Of a DNA stretch of 64,000 nucleotides, positions 56,437 through 64,000 are shown piece by piece (the stretch's first letter is position 1; each line of letters begins with the position of its first letter). The notes beneath the pieces were generated by a model. The model was not told the origin of the DNA, ran no database searches, and was given only the letters and a program-made list of their open reading frames with translations. This stretch comes from Candidatus Nitrospinota bacterium M3_3B_026 (lineage in GTDB: Bacteria; Nitrospinota_A; UBA7883; JBPRGF01), in the NCBI GenBank assembly GCA_051418015.1, contig JBPRGF010000029.1:32001-96000 (forward strand), read 5' to 3'. The position numbers were made by a program, and so were the translations under genes.

Positions 56437-57782
56437 GGCGCGGGTTCTTTCTCTTCCTTGGGCGACATATTTTCCAGCGCGCCCTGGAACCTCGCTTCCG
56501 CCGCGACGAGGAAACCCGCCGAGGCCACGATTTTTTGACCTTCCGAAAGCCCGGACAAAACTTCGTGGTATCTCCCGCCGTCTTCAAGCAAAGCGGCTTC
56601 GCCTTTCTTTGCCTGGCCCTCAGGGTACAGCCACTTTTTCCCAAGCTCGACCTTCACGGGACGCAATCGTCCCCCGCCCTCGTGGACAAAAGCCACAGCC
56701 CGCTTACCCGTGAGAATCACGGCGCTTTCGGGGACAGCCAGAACCTCGTCGCCCGGAACGTGTATCCTGACGCTTGCGAACATGCCGGGTTTGAGCGATC
56801 CGTCTTTGTTGGACACGTCGAATCTCACGCGCGCCGTCCGGGTCTCCGTGTTTACGACGGGGTCGATAAACCCGACATTCCCCTTGATGGTCCTGCCCTG
56901 TATCGCGACATCCGCCGTCATGCCGGTCTTGACGAAAGGAAGCTCATGCTCGTACACGTCACCGTATATCCATACTCTTGAGAGATCGGTGAGTTTTAAT
57001 ATGGGCTGTCCTTCGGTTACGTAATCCCCTTCGCTGGCCAGCCGCTTGATTACCACTCCGGAGAGGGGGGAGTAAATAGTCAGAATCTCGGATGGCTTCC
57101 CGTTTCGGCGTATCAGTTCCATCTCGCCTTCGCTCACTCCCCACCGCGCAAGCCGCGTCCGCGCGGCGTCAGCCAGCGGCGCCAGCCTCACCGCGCCGTT
57201 TTCGAGCAAGGCGAGATACTCCTCCTGTGTCGCGACGAGACCGGGGTTGTAGATGGCAAGGAGCGGCTGGCCCTGCTTTACGGCCTGGCCGGTGAAGTTC
57301 ACGTAAAGTCTTTCGATCCTGCTTCTGCCCGGCGCCCATGCCGATATCGTCTTCAGCAGGCGCTCATCCGCGTCGACGCGGCCCGTGGTCTCTACCTCGC
57401 GCGCGAGAGCCTGCCTCTTCACGACCGCGAAGCGGACGCCGGCTTGCTGAATCTGCCCAGTGGTTAACACGAGCGCCCCGTCCGCCTTTTCTTTCCCCTC
57501 CTCCTTCATCTCTACAAGCCGCATGTTGCAAATCGGGCAAAGGCCCGGCTCGTCCCTTCTCACCTGCGGGTGCATCGGACACCAGTAGATTTTTTGACCG
57601 GCGAGCACGGTCTCCTCCGAAAGACCGATCCACTTCATCGTTTTGCTTATCGCCGGGTCGTGCAGCCAGTAATGGAGCGCATCCTTCCGGCGAAGTTTTT
57701 CAGGCGTTTTCAGATACACGAACGTCCCGGCGGCGGCCATCGTGACGGCCAGAATGACCAGCGCCAGAAGTTTCGCTTTCAT
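56433..57782 (-). CDS. cusB: CusB-type membrane fusion protein with heavy-metal-binding domain
   Basis: 'YWCPMHPQVRRDEPGLCPICNMRL', 'LKPGMFA', biotinyl-lipoyl-like halves. Confidence 0.88.
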   Translation of the reverse strand: MKAKLLALVILAVTMAAAGTFVYLKTPEKLRRKDALHYWLHDPAISKTMKWIGLSEETVLAGQKIYWCPMHPQVRRDEPGLCPICNMRLVEMKEEGKEKADGALVLTTGQIQQAGVRFAVVKRQALAREVETTGRVDADERLLKTISAWAPGRSRIERLYVNFTGQAVKQGQPLLAIYNPGLVATQEEYLALLENGAVRLAPLADAARTRLARWGVSEGEMELIRRNGKPSEILTIYSPLSGVVIKRLASEGDYVTEGQPILKLTDLSRVWIYGDVYEHELPFVKTGMTADVAIQGRTIKGNVGFIDPVVNTETRTARVRFDVSNKDGSLKPGMFASVRIHVPGDEVLAVPESAVILTGKRAVAFVHEGGGRLRPVKVELGKKWLYPEGQAKKGEAALLEDGGRYHEVLSGLSEGQKIVASAGFLVAAEARFQGALENMSPKEEKEPAP

Positions 57783-59125
57783 GGCGCCTCCCCGGCAAGC
57801 TTCTCAAGCATGGCCTCGGCGATCCGCATGTCCACGATGATCCGCTCGTACTGAAGCCTCGTGTCGATCAAAGCCCTCCCGGCGGTGATCAGGGTCAGAA
57901 AATCACTCTTCCCGGCGCTGTATCCACCCCGCGCGGTCTTGAAATTCAGCTCCGCCTCCGGCAATAAAACCTCGCGGAAAAGTTTTTCAGCGTGACGCGC
58001 CTCATTCCGCCTCTGCCATGCTTCCTCGACCTGTAATCGGATGCTGTTTTCCTCCGCGGCCAGCTCCGCGCCAGCCCGTTGGAACCTCGCCGCCGCCATG
58101 CTCCTCTCGGCCGACAGCCGCTCGGACCGCAAAGGGATGTTCACAGTCACGCCGATAAAAGGACGAAGCTCATCGGTCATCCAGGCGCGGTTGTAGGAGC
58201 CGGTGATGGTGAAGTCGGGATAGCTTTGGGCCTCGGCCAGCTTTGTGGACGCGTTCGCGGCCTCTATTCTCGATCGCGCCGATTTGATCCCGGGGTTATT
58301 CTCCAGCGCCGCTTGGAGCAGCGCCGCCTTGTCCGGGGAAAATTTCTCCGAGGGAAGATCGCCGGGAGGAGGCAGCGGCCGCCCAGCCTCCCGTCCCATA
58401 AGCGTGTTCAGCCGCGCCGTGGCGACTCTTAGCGTTCGCTCCAGAACTATGCCGCGATGCTCGACCCTCACCAGGCTCACGTCCGCCTGAACGGCGTCCT
58501 GCAGGCTCGCTTCCCCGGCGCCGTACCGCGTCGCCGCGATCGCCTTGAGTTCGCGCAGAAGTTTTAAGTCATCCTCGTTTATTTCGATGGCGCGATGGGC
58601 GAACCATAACTCAAGGTACGCCGTCTTCACCATGTGAATAAGCGCAAGCTTCGCCGAAACGAAATCGCCCAGCGACGCCTCGGCCTCCGCCAGCGCGGCG
58701 CTCCCACGGAGGCGCAACTTGCCGGGATAGGGGACTCTCTGGCTGAAGTCGAGCTTGTAGGAAAAATCCGCGCCGCTCGCCCCCAACGTCGCGGGAAACA
58801 GGCCAAAACCCATCATGGGATCGTCCAGCGCGGTGGCCTGCGGATATTTTCCCATAGCCTCCTTTACTCTGTGCCTCATGGAGGTAAGGCCCGGGTTGTT
58901 TTCAATCGCGGCGCCGGTCGCGGCGTCGAGGCTCAATGAACCTGCGGCGCCGAATTGATCAGTTTCGTTTTCTTTCTCCCGGACGGCGAGGGCAGGCGTG
59001 CTCAGCCCGCGCGTGGTTTCCTCTATTAAATGGTCAAATCGCGCGTCCGGCCCGTTCGACGCGCAACCGTGGCCGGTGAGCGCGATCAACGCCGTCAATG
59101 TCCACGCTGCGCGCTTCGTATACAT
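57779..59125 (-). CDS. TolC/CusC-family outer-membrane lipoprotein
   Basis: Lipobox-like 'LTGHGC', OEP repeats, 'QRVPYPGKLRLR', 'YSAGKSDFLTLI'. Confidence 0.88.
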   Translation of the reverse strand: MYTKRAAWTLTALIALTGHGCASNGPDARFDHLIEETTRGLSTPALAVREKENETDQFGAAGSLSLDAATGAAIENNPGLTSMRHRVKEAMGKYPQATALDDPMMGFGLFPATLGASGADFSYKLDFSQRVPYPGKLRLRGSAALAEAEASLGDFVSAKLALIHMVKTAYLELWFAHRAIEINEDDLKLLRELKAIAATRYGAGEASLQDAVQADVSLVRVEHRGIVLERTLRVATARLNTLMGREAGRPLPPPGDLPSEKFSPDKAALLQAALENNPGIKSARSRIEAANASTKLAEAQSYPDFTITGSYNRAWMTDELRPFIGVTVNIPLRSERLSAERSMAAARFQRAGAELAAEENSIRLQVEEAWQRRNEARHAEKLFREVLLPEAELNFKTARGGYSAGKSDFLTLITAGRALIDTRLQYERIIVDMRIAEAMLEKLAGEAP

Positions 59126-59160
59126 GCCTCTGTTCTGCCGCAATTTTTACTCCCCGCGCG

Positions 59161-59178
59161 ATTCTACGAATGTAGAAA
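59161..59178. promoter_or_regulatory. BlaI/CopY-type operator upstream of tolC-cusB-cusA
   Basis: ATTCTACG-AA-TGTAGAAA; near-identical to the palindrome at 60627-60644. Confidence 0.7.
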
Positions 59179-59195
59179 TAATGAGCAAATTTTTT

Positions 59196-60197
59196 TTATT
59201 TCTTCTCCATCAGGTCGCACGACTTTTTGCAATGGTCGAGATGCGCCGGGCATGCCTTCTCAGAGCTGAGGCAATAATCGTGGTTGCATTTCTCAAGTTT
59301 TCGTCCTCCAGCGTATATTGGCGCCGCGAAAGCGCCAGCCAGTGTGAGAACTATCAGCGCCGTGGTAAAAACAAGATGGAGTGGCTTCCTGGCCGCTTCG
59401 GCTCCGCCAGGCTCCAAAAGCTCTTTTATCCTTTTTTCCGCGAGGGACGTATTGTCCAACGCCTGTACTCCAGCCGGGATGGAGCCTCGTCTCATCCTCA
59501 TCATCTTGACAAGAGCGTTCGCAAGATCAAACGGCTTTCCCGTTTCCCTGACAGCCCTCTCATCAGCGGCGAACTCCTTCGTTCCGTGGAAAAGTTTTGA
59601 GAGGTAAGACCCAAGCGGGACGAAAAAAAGCAGGTCCTGTATGAACGACAGGACAAAGAGCTTCAGTGGATCTCTCTTCTCGGCGTGGTTAAGCTCATGG
59701 AGGACAACCGCTTCAAGCTCGCCCTCGTCAAGCTCGCGGACAAGCGCTGTCGATATATAGACCCTCGGACGGAGAAGGCCGAGCGTGAAAGCGGCCTTCA
59801 GGCGCTCATCTTCAAACGGGATTATTGGCGCGTGGGCGTAATCGGCGAAGCTTTTCAGTTCGGGAAATTTTTCCAATGAGACCGCATTAAGCGATGTGAC
59901 AAACCTTCGCGACACAATAAAGCTTCCAGCCGCTCTGAATAAGGCGAAAAGCAAACCCGTAGCCACGACTCCAAAACCGACCCAGGGGATGATGGTCATG
60001 AACATCGTGGGGCTGACCAGGCACCATGAAAAAGGCGTCCGGCAACAGGCGAGGGCCGCGCCAGCCTGAGACGTGAGGCCGAGAAGGTTCAACAGGCCGT
60101 AGTGTACGCTGGCGGCGATCAGCGCAAACAGCGAAAGAGCCAGCGCGACCGCCCCCATAAAACTTCTCAGCGCGATCCGGCCCCAGGAGCCATTCAT
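59196..60197 (-). CDS. M56 (BlaR1/MecR1-like) membrane metallopeptidase with Cys/His-rich tail
   Basis: 'AFTLGLLRPRVYIST', 'HELNH', 'EFAADE'; C-terminal 'CNHDYC…CPAHLDHCKKSC'; no penicillin-binding domain. Confidence 0.85.
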   Translation of the reverse strand: MNGSWGRIALRSFMGAVALALSLFALIAASVHYGLLNLLGLTSQAGAALACCRTPFSWCLVSPTMFMTIIPWVGFGVVATGLLFALFRAAGSFIVSRRFVTSLNAVSLEKFPELKSFADYAHAPIIPFEDERLKAAFTLGLLRPRVYISTALVRELDEGELEAVVLHELNHAEKRDPLKLFVLSFIQDLLFFVPLGSYLSKLFHGTKEFAADERAVRETGKPFDLANALVKMMRMRRGSIPAGVQALDNTSLAEKRIKELLEPGGAEAARKPLHLVFTTALIVLTLAGAFAAPIYAGGRKLEKCNHDYCLSSEKACPAHLDHCKKSCDLMEKK

Positions 60198-60206
60198 GGC
60201 GATACC

Positions 60207-60620
60207 CTACCCACGCCCCTTCTTTTTCTTTTCTATGAGCCTTGAGAGTTTTTCAACCTCGTCGGGAGAAATATCATCCAGCGCGTCCACGAAGGAAGCG
60301 ATCAGCGACGAGCTGGACAAATCAATATAATCCTTCAGCATCCTGCCCGAGACCTCGCGTGTATAATTCTCCCGGCTGATTGACGGCGTGTAGATGTAAA
60401 TGCCCTCTCTTTTTGATCGCCTGATAAAACCCTTGCCGGAGAGTCTGTCCAACACGGTCAGTACGGTGGTAAGCGCGGTCTTTCGCGAAGCGCGTATATC
60501 CTCCCAGACTTCCTTGCCCGCAGCCTCCCCTTTATTCCACAGGGCCTTCATCACCTCAACCTCAAGCTCCCCCAGCGGCCGGAGGGCGCTTTTCCTTTTC
60601 AAATCACGGGATACTCCCAT
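60207..60620 (-). CDS. BlaI/MecI/CopY-family repressor
   Basis: 'LGELEVEVMKALW…ALTTVLTVLDRLSGKGFI…YIYTPSISRE'. Confidence 0.9.
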   Translation of the reverse strand: MGVSRDLKRKSALRPLGELEVEVMKALWNKGEAAGKEVWEDIRASRKTALTTVLTVLDRLSGKGFIRRSKREGIYIYTPSISRENYTREVSGRMLKDYIDLSSSSLIASFVDALDDISPDEVEKLSRLIEKKKKGRG

Positions 60621-60626
60621 ACTTGT

Positions 60627-60644
60627 ATTCTACGAGCGTAGAAT
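60627..60644. promoter_or_regulatory. BlaI/CopY-type operator upstream of the repressor gene
   Basis: Palindrome ATTCTACG-AG-CGTAGAAT, 6 bp from the start codon. Confidence 0.75.
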
Positions 60645-60759
60645 GAATTGGTCAAATGGAAATATAAAAGACCGGTGGTTTTAAAAGGATTTTTTCGCGA
60701 AAATTTGCGAGGGCCAGAGTTTCGAGAACGCGGCTGGACATCGCAACTCATTGATTTAA

Positions 60760-60836
60760 TGGCGCGCCCGGCAGGATTCGAACCTGCGGCCCTCGGAACC
60801 GGAATCCGATACTCTATCCAGCTGAGCTACGGGCGC
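60760..60836 (-). tRNA. tRNA-Arg(CCG)
   Basis: GCGCCCGTAGCTCAGCTGGATAGAGTATCGGATTCCGGTTCCGA…GGTTCGAATCCTGCCGGGCGCGCCA. Confidence 0.94.
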
Positions 60837-60903
60837 GGCTTCACCATCGAAGTTTAGCACAAGGGGCAAGCCGCGGGCGCGGAAAAAATCCGCGAAAACC
60901 GGC

Positions 60904-60949
60904 TTGACAGGAGCTCCGCCCAGGACTATATAAAGAACGAATGTTCGTT
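60904..60949 (+). promoter_or_regulatory. Sigma70 promoter and candidate TetR operator
   Basis: TTGACA-17-TATATA (60904-60932), then palindrome AACGAA-TG-TTCGTT (60936-60949). Confidence 0.65.
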
Positions 60950-60977
60950 TTTTTATTGAGTCACGGGGGAAGAGCCC

Positions 60978-61601
60978 TTGGCGCCAAAGGTCAGCGACGA
61001 ATATCTAAAGGCCCGGCGGGAGCAGATTCTTAAAGCCGCGGCGGCCCTCTTCTCCCGCAAGGGCTTTCACAAGACGACCATGCGGGACATCTGCCGGAAA
61101 ACGCGCCTCAGCCCTGGCGCGGTCTACCGCTATTTCAAGAGCAAGGAGGACATCATAAAGGCGATGGCCGAGGACGAGCTCGGCAGGAACATCCCCCTCC
61201 TGCGCGGCGCCAGGGACAGGAGCGACACCTTCAAGGCGCTTGAGGACCTGGCGGATTTCTTCTTTTCCATGCTGGACGACCCGAAGACCTGCGATCCGAG
61301 GCTGGACATGGAGCTTTGGGCGGAGGCGCTGCGCAACAGGAAGATCATGAACATTCAGCGCCGCAGCAAGAACGCCCACCTTAAGGCCCTCGCGGACATA
61401 ATCCGCGAGGCGCGCAGGAAAAAAAAGATTGTCTCCGGCGTCGACCCGGACGCGCTGGCGCGGGTCATGGTCGGCCTCCACGCCGGGTTGATAGTTCAAA
61501 AGGGACTGGAGCCCGACATCGACGTGTGGGGCTACGTGTCGGTGGTCAAGCGGATGATGCGGGCGATTGTCGTGGAGGAGGAAGAATGCGAGGATCAATG
61601 A
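60978..61601 (+). CDS. TetR/AcrR-family regulator
   Basis: 'RREQILKAAAALFSRKGFHKTTMRDIC…SPGAVYRYFKSKEDI'. Confidence 0.93.
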   Translation: MAPKVSDEYLKARREQILKAAAALFSRKGFHKTTMRDICRKTRLSPGAVYRYFKSKEDIIKAMAEDELGRNIPLLRGARDRSDTFKALEDLADFFFSMLDDPKTCDPRLDMELWAEALRNRKIMNIQRRSKNAHLKALADIIREARRKKKIVSGVDPDALARVMVGLHAGLIVQKGLEPDIDVWGYVSVVKRMMRAIVVEEEECEDQ

Positions 61602-62914
61602 GGCCCTTGGGGCCGGCCCTCGCCGCGGCGCTTGCGATCCTGCCGCTTGCGCCGTTCGCCGCCGCGCAGGACGGGCCGCTGCGGCTTTCCATGGAGTCGG
61701 CCGCCGCCATTGCGCTGGAGAAAAACACCGAGCTCGCCATCGCCAGGATGGAGGAGAGGACGGCCCGCCAGAGGCGGAAGGAGGCTTTCGGGGCGGCCCT
61801 GCCGGACCTTGACGTCTCGGCCAATTACACCTACCAGGGCAACGTCCAGGAGGTCGAGTTCGGCGGGATGAGTTTTCAGTTTCAGCCAGACCATCTCTAC
61901 ACCGCCGACGCCCGGCTCTCCCAATACGTCTACTCCGGCGCTGTCGCCGCCGGGTACAGGGCGGCGGGGCACATGTCCGCCGCCGCGGAAAAGAGCGCCG
62001 CCGCGGCGAGAAACGATATTCTCACAGAGGTGAAAACGAGGATGTACGGCGCGATCCATGCCCGCCGCGTCATCGAGGCCAGGCAGGAGGCAGTGGAGCA
62101 ACTCCGGGCCCACCTGGAGGACTCCAGGGACCGCGAGGAAGTGGGGCTGAACACGTCCTACGACACCATGCGGTTCGAGACCCAGCTCGCCCAGGCCAGG
62201 GCCGAACTGGTGGCGGCGAGGAACGAGCACAGCCGGGCCGTCTCCGCCCTGCTGGACAGCCTCGGGCTGAGCCCCCTGGAGGACGTGGTGATAGAAGCCG
62301 GGCTCGAAAGCGACCCGCCCCGGGTCAGCCTCGATGAGGCCATCGCAAGGGCCGAGGCGAACAGGCCGGAGATCATCGCCGCCAGGGAGAGCCAGCGCGC
62401 CGCCGAGGAGACAGCCAGCGCCGTGGAGAGCGAGCTTCTGCCGACGGTGAAGGCGGTGGGAACGTACCGCTACTCCAACATGGCCGTGGCCCTGGATGGC
62501 CAGAGCGAGTGGCGAAGCGACTGGAGCGTGGGGCTCGCGCTCGAGTACAACCTTTTCGACGGGCGCGAGCGCGCCTCCCGGATAGCCCGGCGCAGGCTGG
62601 AGGAGGATATGGCCCGGCTCCGCGCGGAGAAGACCGTAAGGGGTGTCCTCATGGAAGTGAAGACCGCCTGGGAGGAGCTTGAGCGGGCGAGGGAGTTCGC
62701 CGCGTCGCAGCGGGAAAACGTCGGCTACGCCGAACAGACCTACAGGATCGCCGCTGAAAGGCGCGAAGAGGGAATGGGGACGAGGCTCGAGCTTCTGGAC
62801 GCCCAGCTGGCCCTCACCAACGCGAGGATAAATCAGAGCCGGTCGCTCTACGAAGTCTCGTTGGCGGGGGCGAGGTTGGAGCGGGCCATGGGCGTGGTGG
62901 AGGTTGACCGGTGA
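61598..62914 (+). CDS. TolC-family outer-membrane efflux protein
   Basis: Signal peptide from ATG 61598 (ATGA overlap with tetR), two OEP repeats, 'LEYNLFDG', 'GTRLELLDAQ'. Confidence 0.88.
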   Translation: MRPLGPALAAALAILPLAPFAAAQDGPLRLSMESAAAIALEKNTELAIARMEERTARQRRKEAFGAALPDLDVSANYTYQGNVQEVEFGGMSFQFQPDHLYTADARLSQYVYSGAVAAGYRAAGHMSAAAEKSAAAARNDILTEVKTRMYGAIHARRVIEARQEAVEQLRAHLEDSRDREEVGLNTSYDTMRFETQLAQARAELVAARNEHSRAVSALLDSLGLSPLEDVVIEAGLESDPPRVSLDEAIARAEANRPEIIAARESQRAAEETASAVESELLPTVKAVGTYRYSNMAVALDGQSEWRSDWSVGLALEYNLFDGRERASRIARRRLEEDMARLRAEKTVRGVLMEVKTAWEELERAREFAASQRENVGYAEQTYRIAAERREEGMGTRLELLDAQLALTNARINQSRSLYEVSLAGARLERAMGVVEVDR

Positions 62915-63966
62915 TGAAAAGAGCTTTTCTCCACGCCGCTTTCGCGCTGCTTTTCGCCGCCTGCTCGGCCGGGGCCGGCGATGGCGTGGAGGAGAAGGCC
63001 GCCCCCGGCGCGGGCGACGCCAGGCTCGTCAACGTCATGGCCGTAAAGCCGAGGACGTTTCGCAAGGAGATGACGCTGATGGGGACGGTCAGGGCGGACA
63101 GGGAGGTGGTCATCGCCCCCGAGGCGCCGGGCAGGGTCGTGAGGATCGGGTTCGAGAAGGGCGGCGGCGTGGAGGCCGGTCAGCCGCTGGTGTGGCTGGA
63201 CGCGGCCGAGATCGAGGCGCGGATCGCCCAGGCGGAGGCGGAGCGGGACCTGGCCGCTCTCGACCATGACAAGCTGAAGGCCCTGGCCGGGCGCAGAGCC
63301 AATGTCTCCGAGTACCAGCTGGAGCAGGCGAGGCTGGGGCTGAAAGCCGCCGAGGCGCGCCTTTCCGGCCTGCGGGTGGCGCGGGGCAATATGACCGTCA
63401 GGGCCCCCTTCGCCGGGATGATCGCCGCCCGGGACGTGGAGAAGGGCGCCATCGTCTCCCCCGGCCAGCCGCTCGGCAGGCTGATCGCGATAGACCCGGT
63501 GAAGATCGAGACCGGTGCGCCGGAGACGTCGATAGCGGATTTTTCCATCGGCAAGGACGCCACCGTCCGGTTCGACGCCTTCCCGGAGGAGGCGCACACG
63601 GGAAAAGTCTCCTACATCGCGCCGGAGATAAATCCGATGACGAGAGTTTTTGATATGGAGGTCGAGCTTGGGAACAAGGCCATGAGGATACTGCCGGAGA
63701 TGAGCGCCAGGGTCACCTTCGTCCGCAAAGAGATCGCGGGCGCCGTCCTGATCCCCCAGGACGTGATCCTGGAGCTTCCCGAGGGGCACGCCGTCTTCGT
63801 CGTGGAGGAGGGCGTGGCCAGAAAGAGGATGGTCACCATAGACGACATGGCCGGGGAGGAGGCGCTCATCGGCTCCGGCGCCGCGCCGGGGGATATACTT
63901 GTGACCGCCGGCGGCCGCGGCCTCACCGACGGGGACAGGGTGAGGATAATGAGCCGGGCGGAGTAG
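62911..63966 (+). CDS. RND efflux membrane-fusion (periplasmic adaptor) lipoprotein
   Basis: Lipobox 'FAAC', 'VRAPFAGMI', 'ILPEMSARV'. Confidence 0.9.
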   Translation: MMKRAFLHAAFALLFAACSAGAGDGVEEKAAPGAGDARLVNVMAVKPRTFRKEMTLMGTVRADREVVIAPEAPGRVVRIGFEKGGGVEAGQPLVWLDAAEIEARIAQAEAERDLAALDHDKLKALAGRRANVSEYQLEQARLGLKAAEARLSGLRVARGNMTVRAPFAGMIAARDVEKGAIVSPGQPLGRLIAIDPVKIETGAPETSIADFSIGKDATVRFDAFPEEAHTGKVSYIAPEINPMTRVFDMEVELGNKAMRILPEMSARVTFVRKEIAGAVLIPQDVILELPEGHAVFVVEEGVARKRMVTIDDMAGEEALIGSGAAPGDILVTAGGRGLTDGDRVRIMSRAE

Positions 63967-63972
63967 GGGCCC

Positions 63973-64000
63973 ATGGGCTGGGTAACTGAGTACTCCGTAA
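63973..64000 (+). CDS. 5' start of a probable AcrB-family RND permease (truncated by the window edge)
   Basis: ATG after AGGGG; MGWVTEYSV…; operon position after tolC and the adaptor gene. Confidence 0.5.

Noticed and set aside
59196..60620. Beta-lactam resistance regulator (true blaR1/blaI)
   Set aside because: The peptidase has no penicillin-binding domain and there is no beta-lactamase or mecA nearby; the matching operator precedes metal-efflux genes.
37516..60836. The two tRNA-Arg genes as attL/attR of a 23-kb island
   Set aside because: Both are complete tRNAs with different anticodons and arms, and the interval contains core genes (dap, lysA, mqn, mnmE).

Overview
A high-GC bacterial chromosome segment. 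Gene content (RpoH-like sigma factor, futalosine mqnA/mqnE, rny-ymdB, PPi-PFK, flagellar genes, tandem PilZ proteins) suggests a Nitrospinota/Desulfobacterota-like organism, but this is inference. Most of the window is housekeeping: recN, a PPIase, flgB/fliE, pcm, a GH57 hydrolase, rpe, cinA, cdd, 6S RNA, rny, c-di-GMP proteins, lysA-dapF-dapA-dapB-mqnE-mqnA, mnmE and four complete tRNAs. Three accessory blocks interrupt it. (1) Bases 1-5900 are the right end of a low-GC island bounded by a tyrosine integrase and a 3' tRNA-Lys(CTT) fragment. It carries a YwgA/Panacea-like gene and a divergent HTH + HExxH metallopeptidase pair (CapH/CapP-like). That pair faces a ubiquitination-like operon: micro-ORF, Ubl-E2-fold fusion with WSRH and no apparent catalytic Cys, JAB-E1 fusion lacking the usual Cys motifs, and a DUF6527-like Cys/His protein. 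This is the best candidate for a poorly described, probably anti-phage system. (2) Bases 11843-13794 are a low-GC RloA/RloB (AbiL-like) pair. (3) Bases ~48.7-60.7 kb, next to tRNA-Arg(CCG), hold a sulfide/heavy-metal cluster: sqr + dsrE-like, a merA-less merR-(Trx-MerC)-Trx module, a diheme cytochrome, and CusCBA-like efflux apparently controlled by a BlaI/BlaR1-like pair through two matching operators. All family assignments come from motif recognition by eye; no database searches were run.
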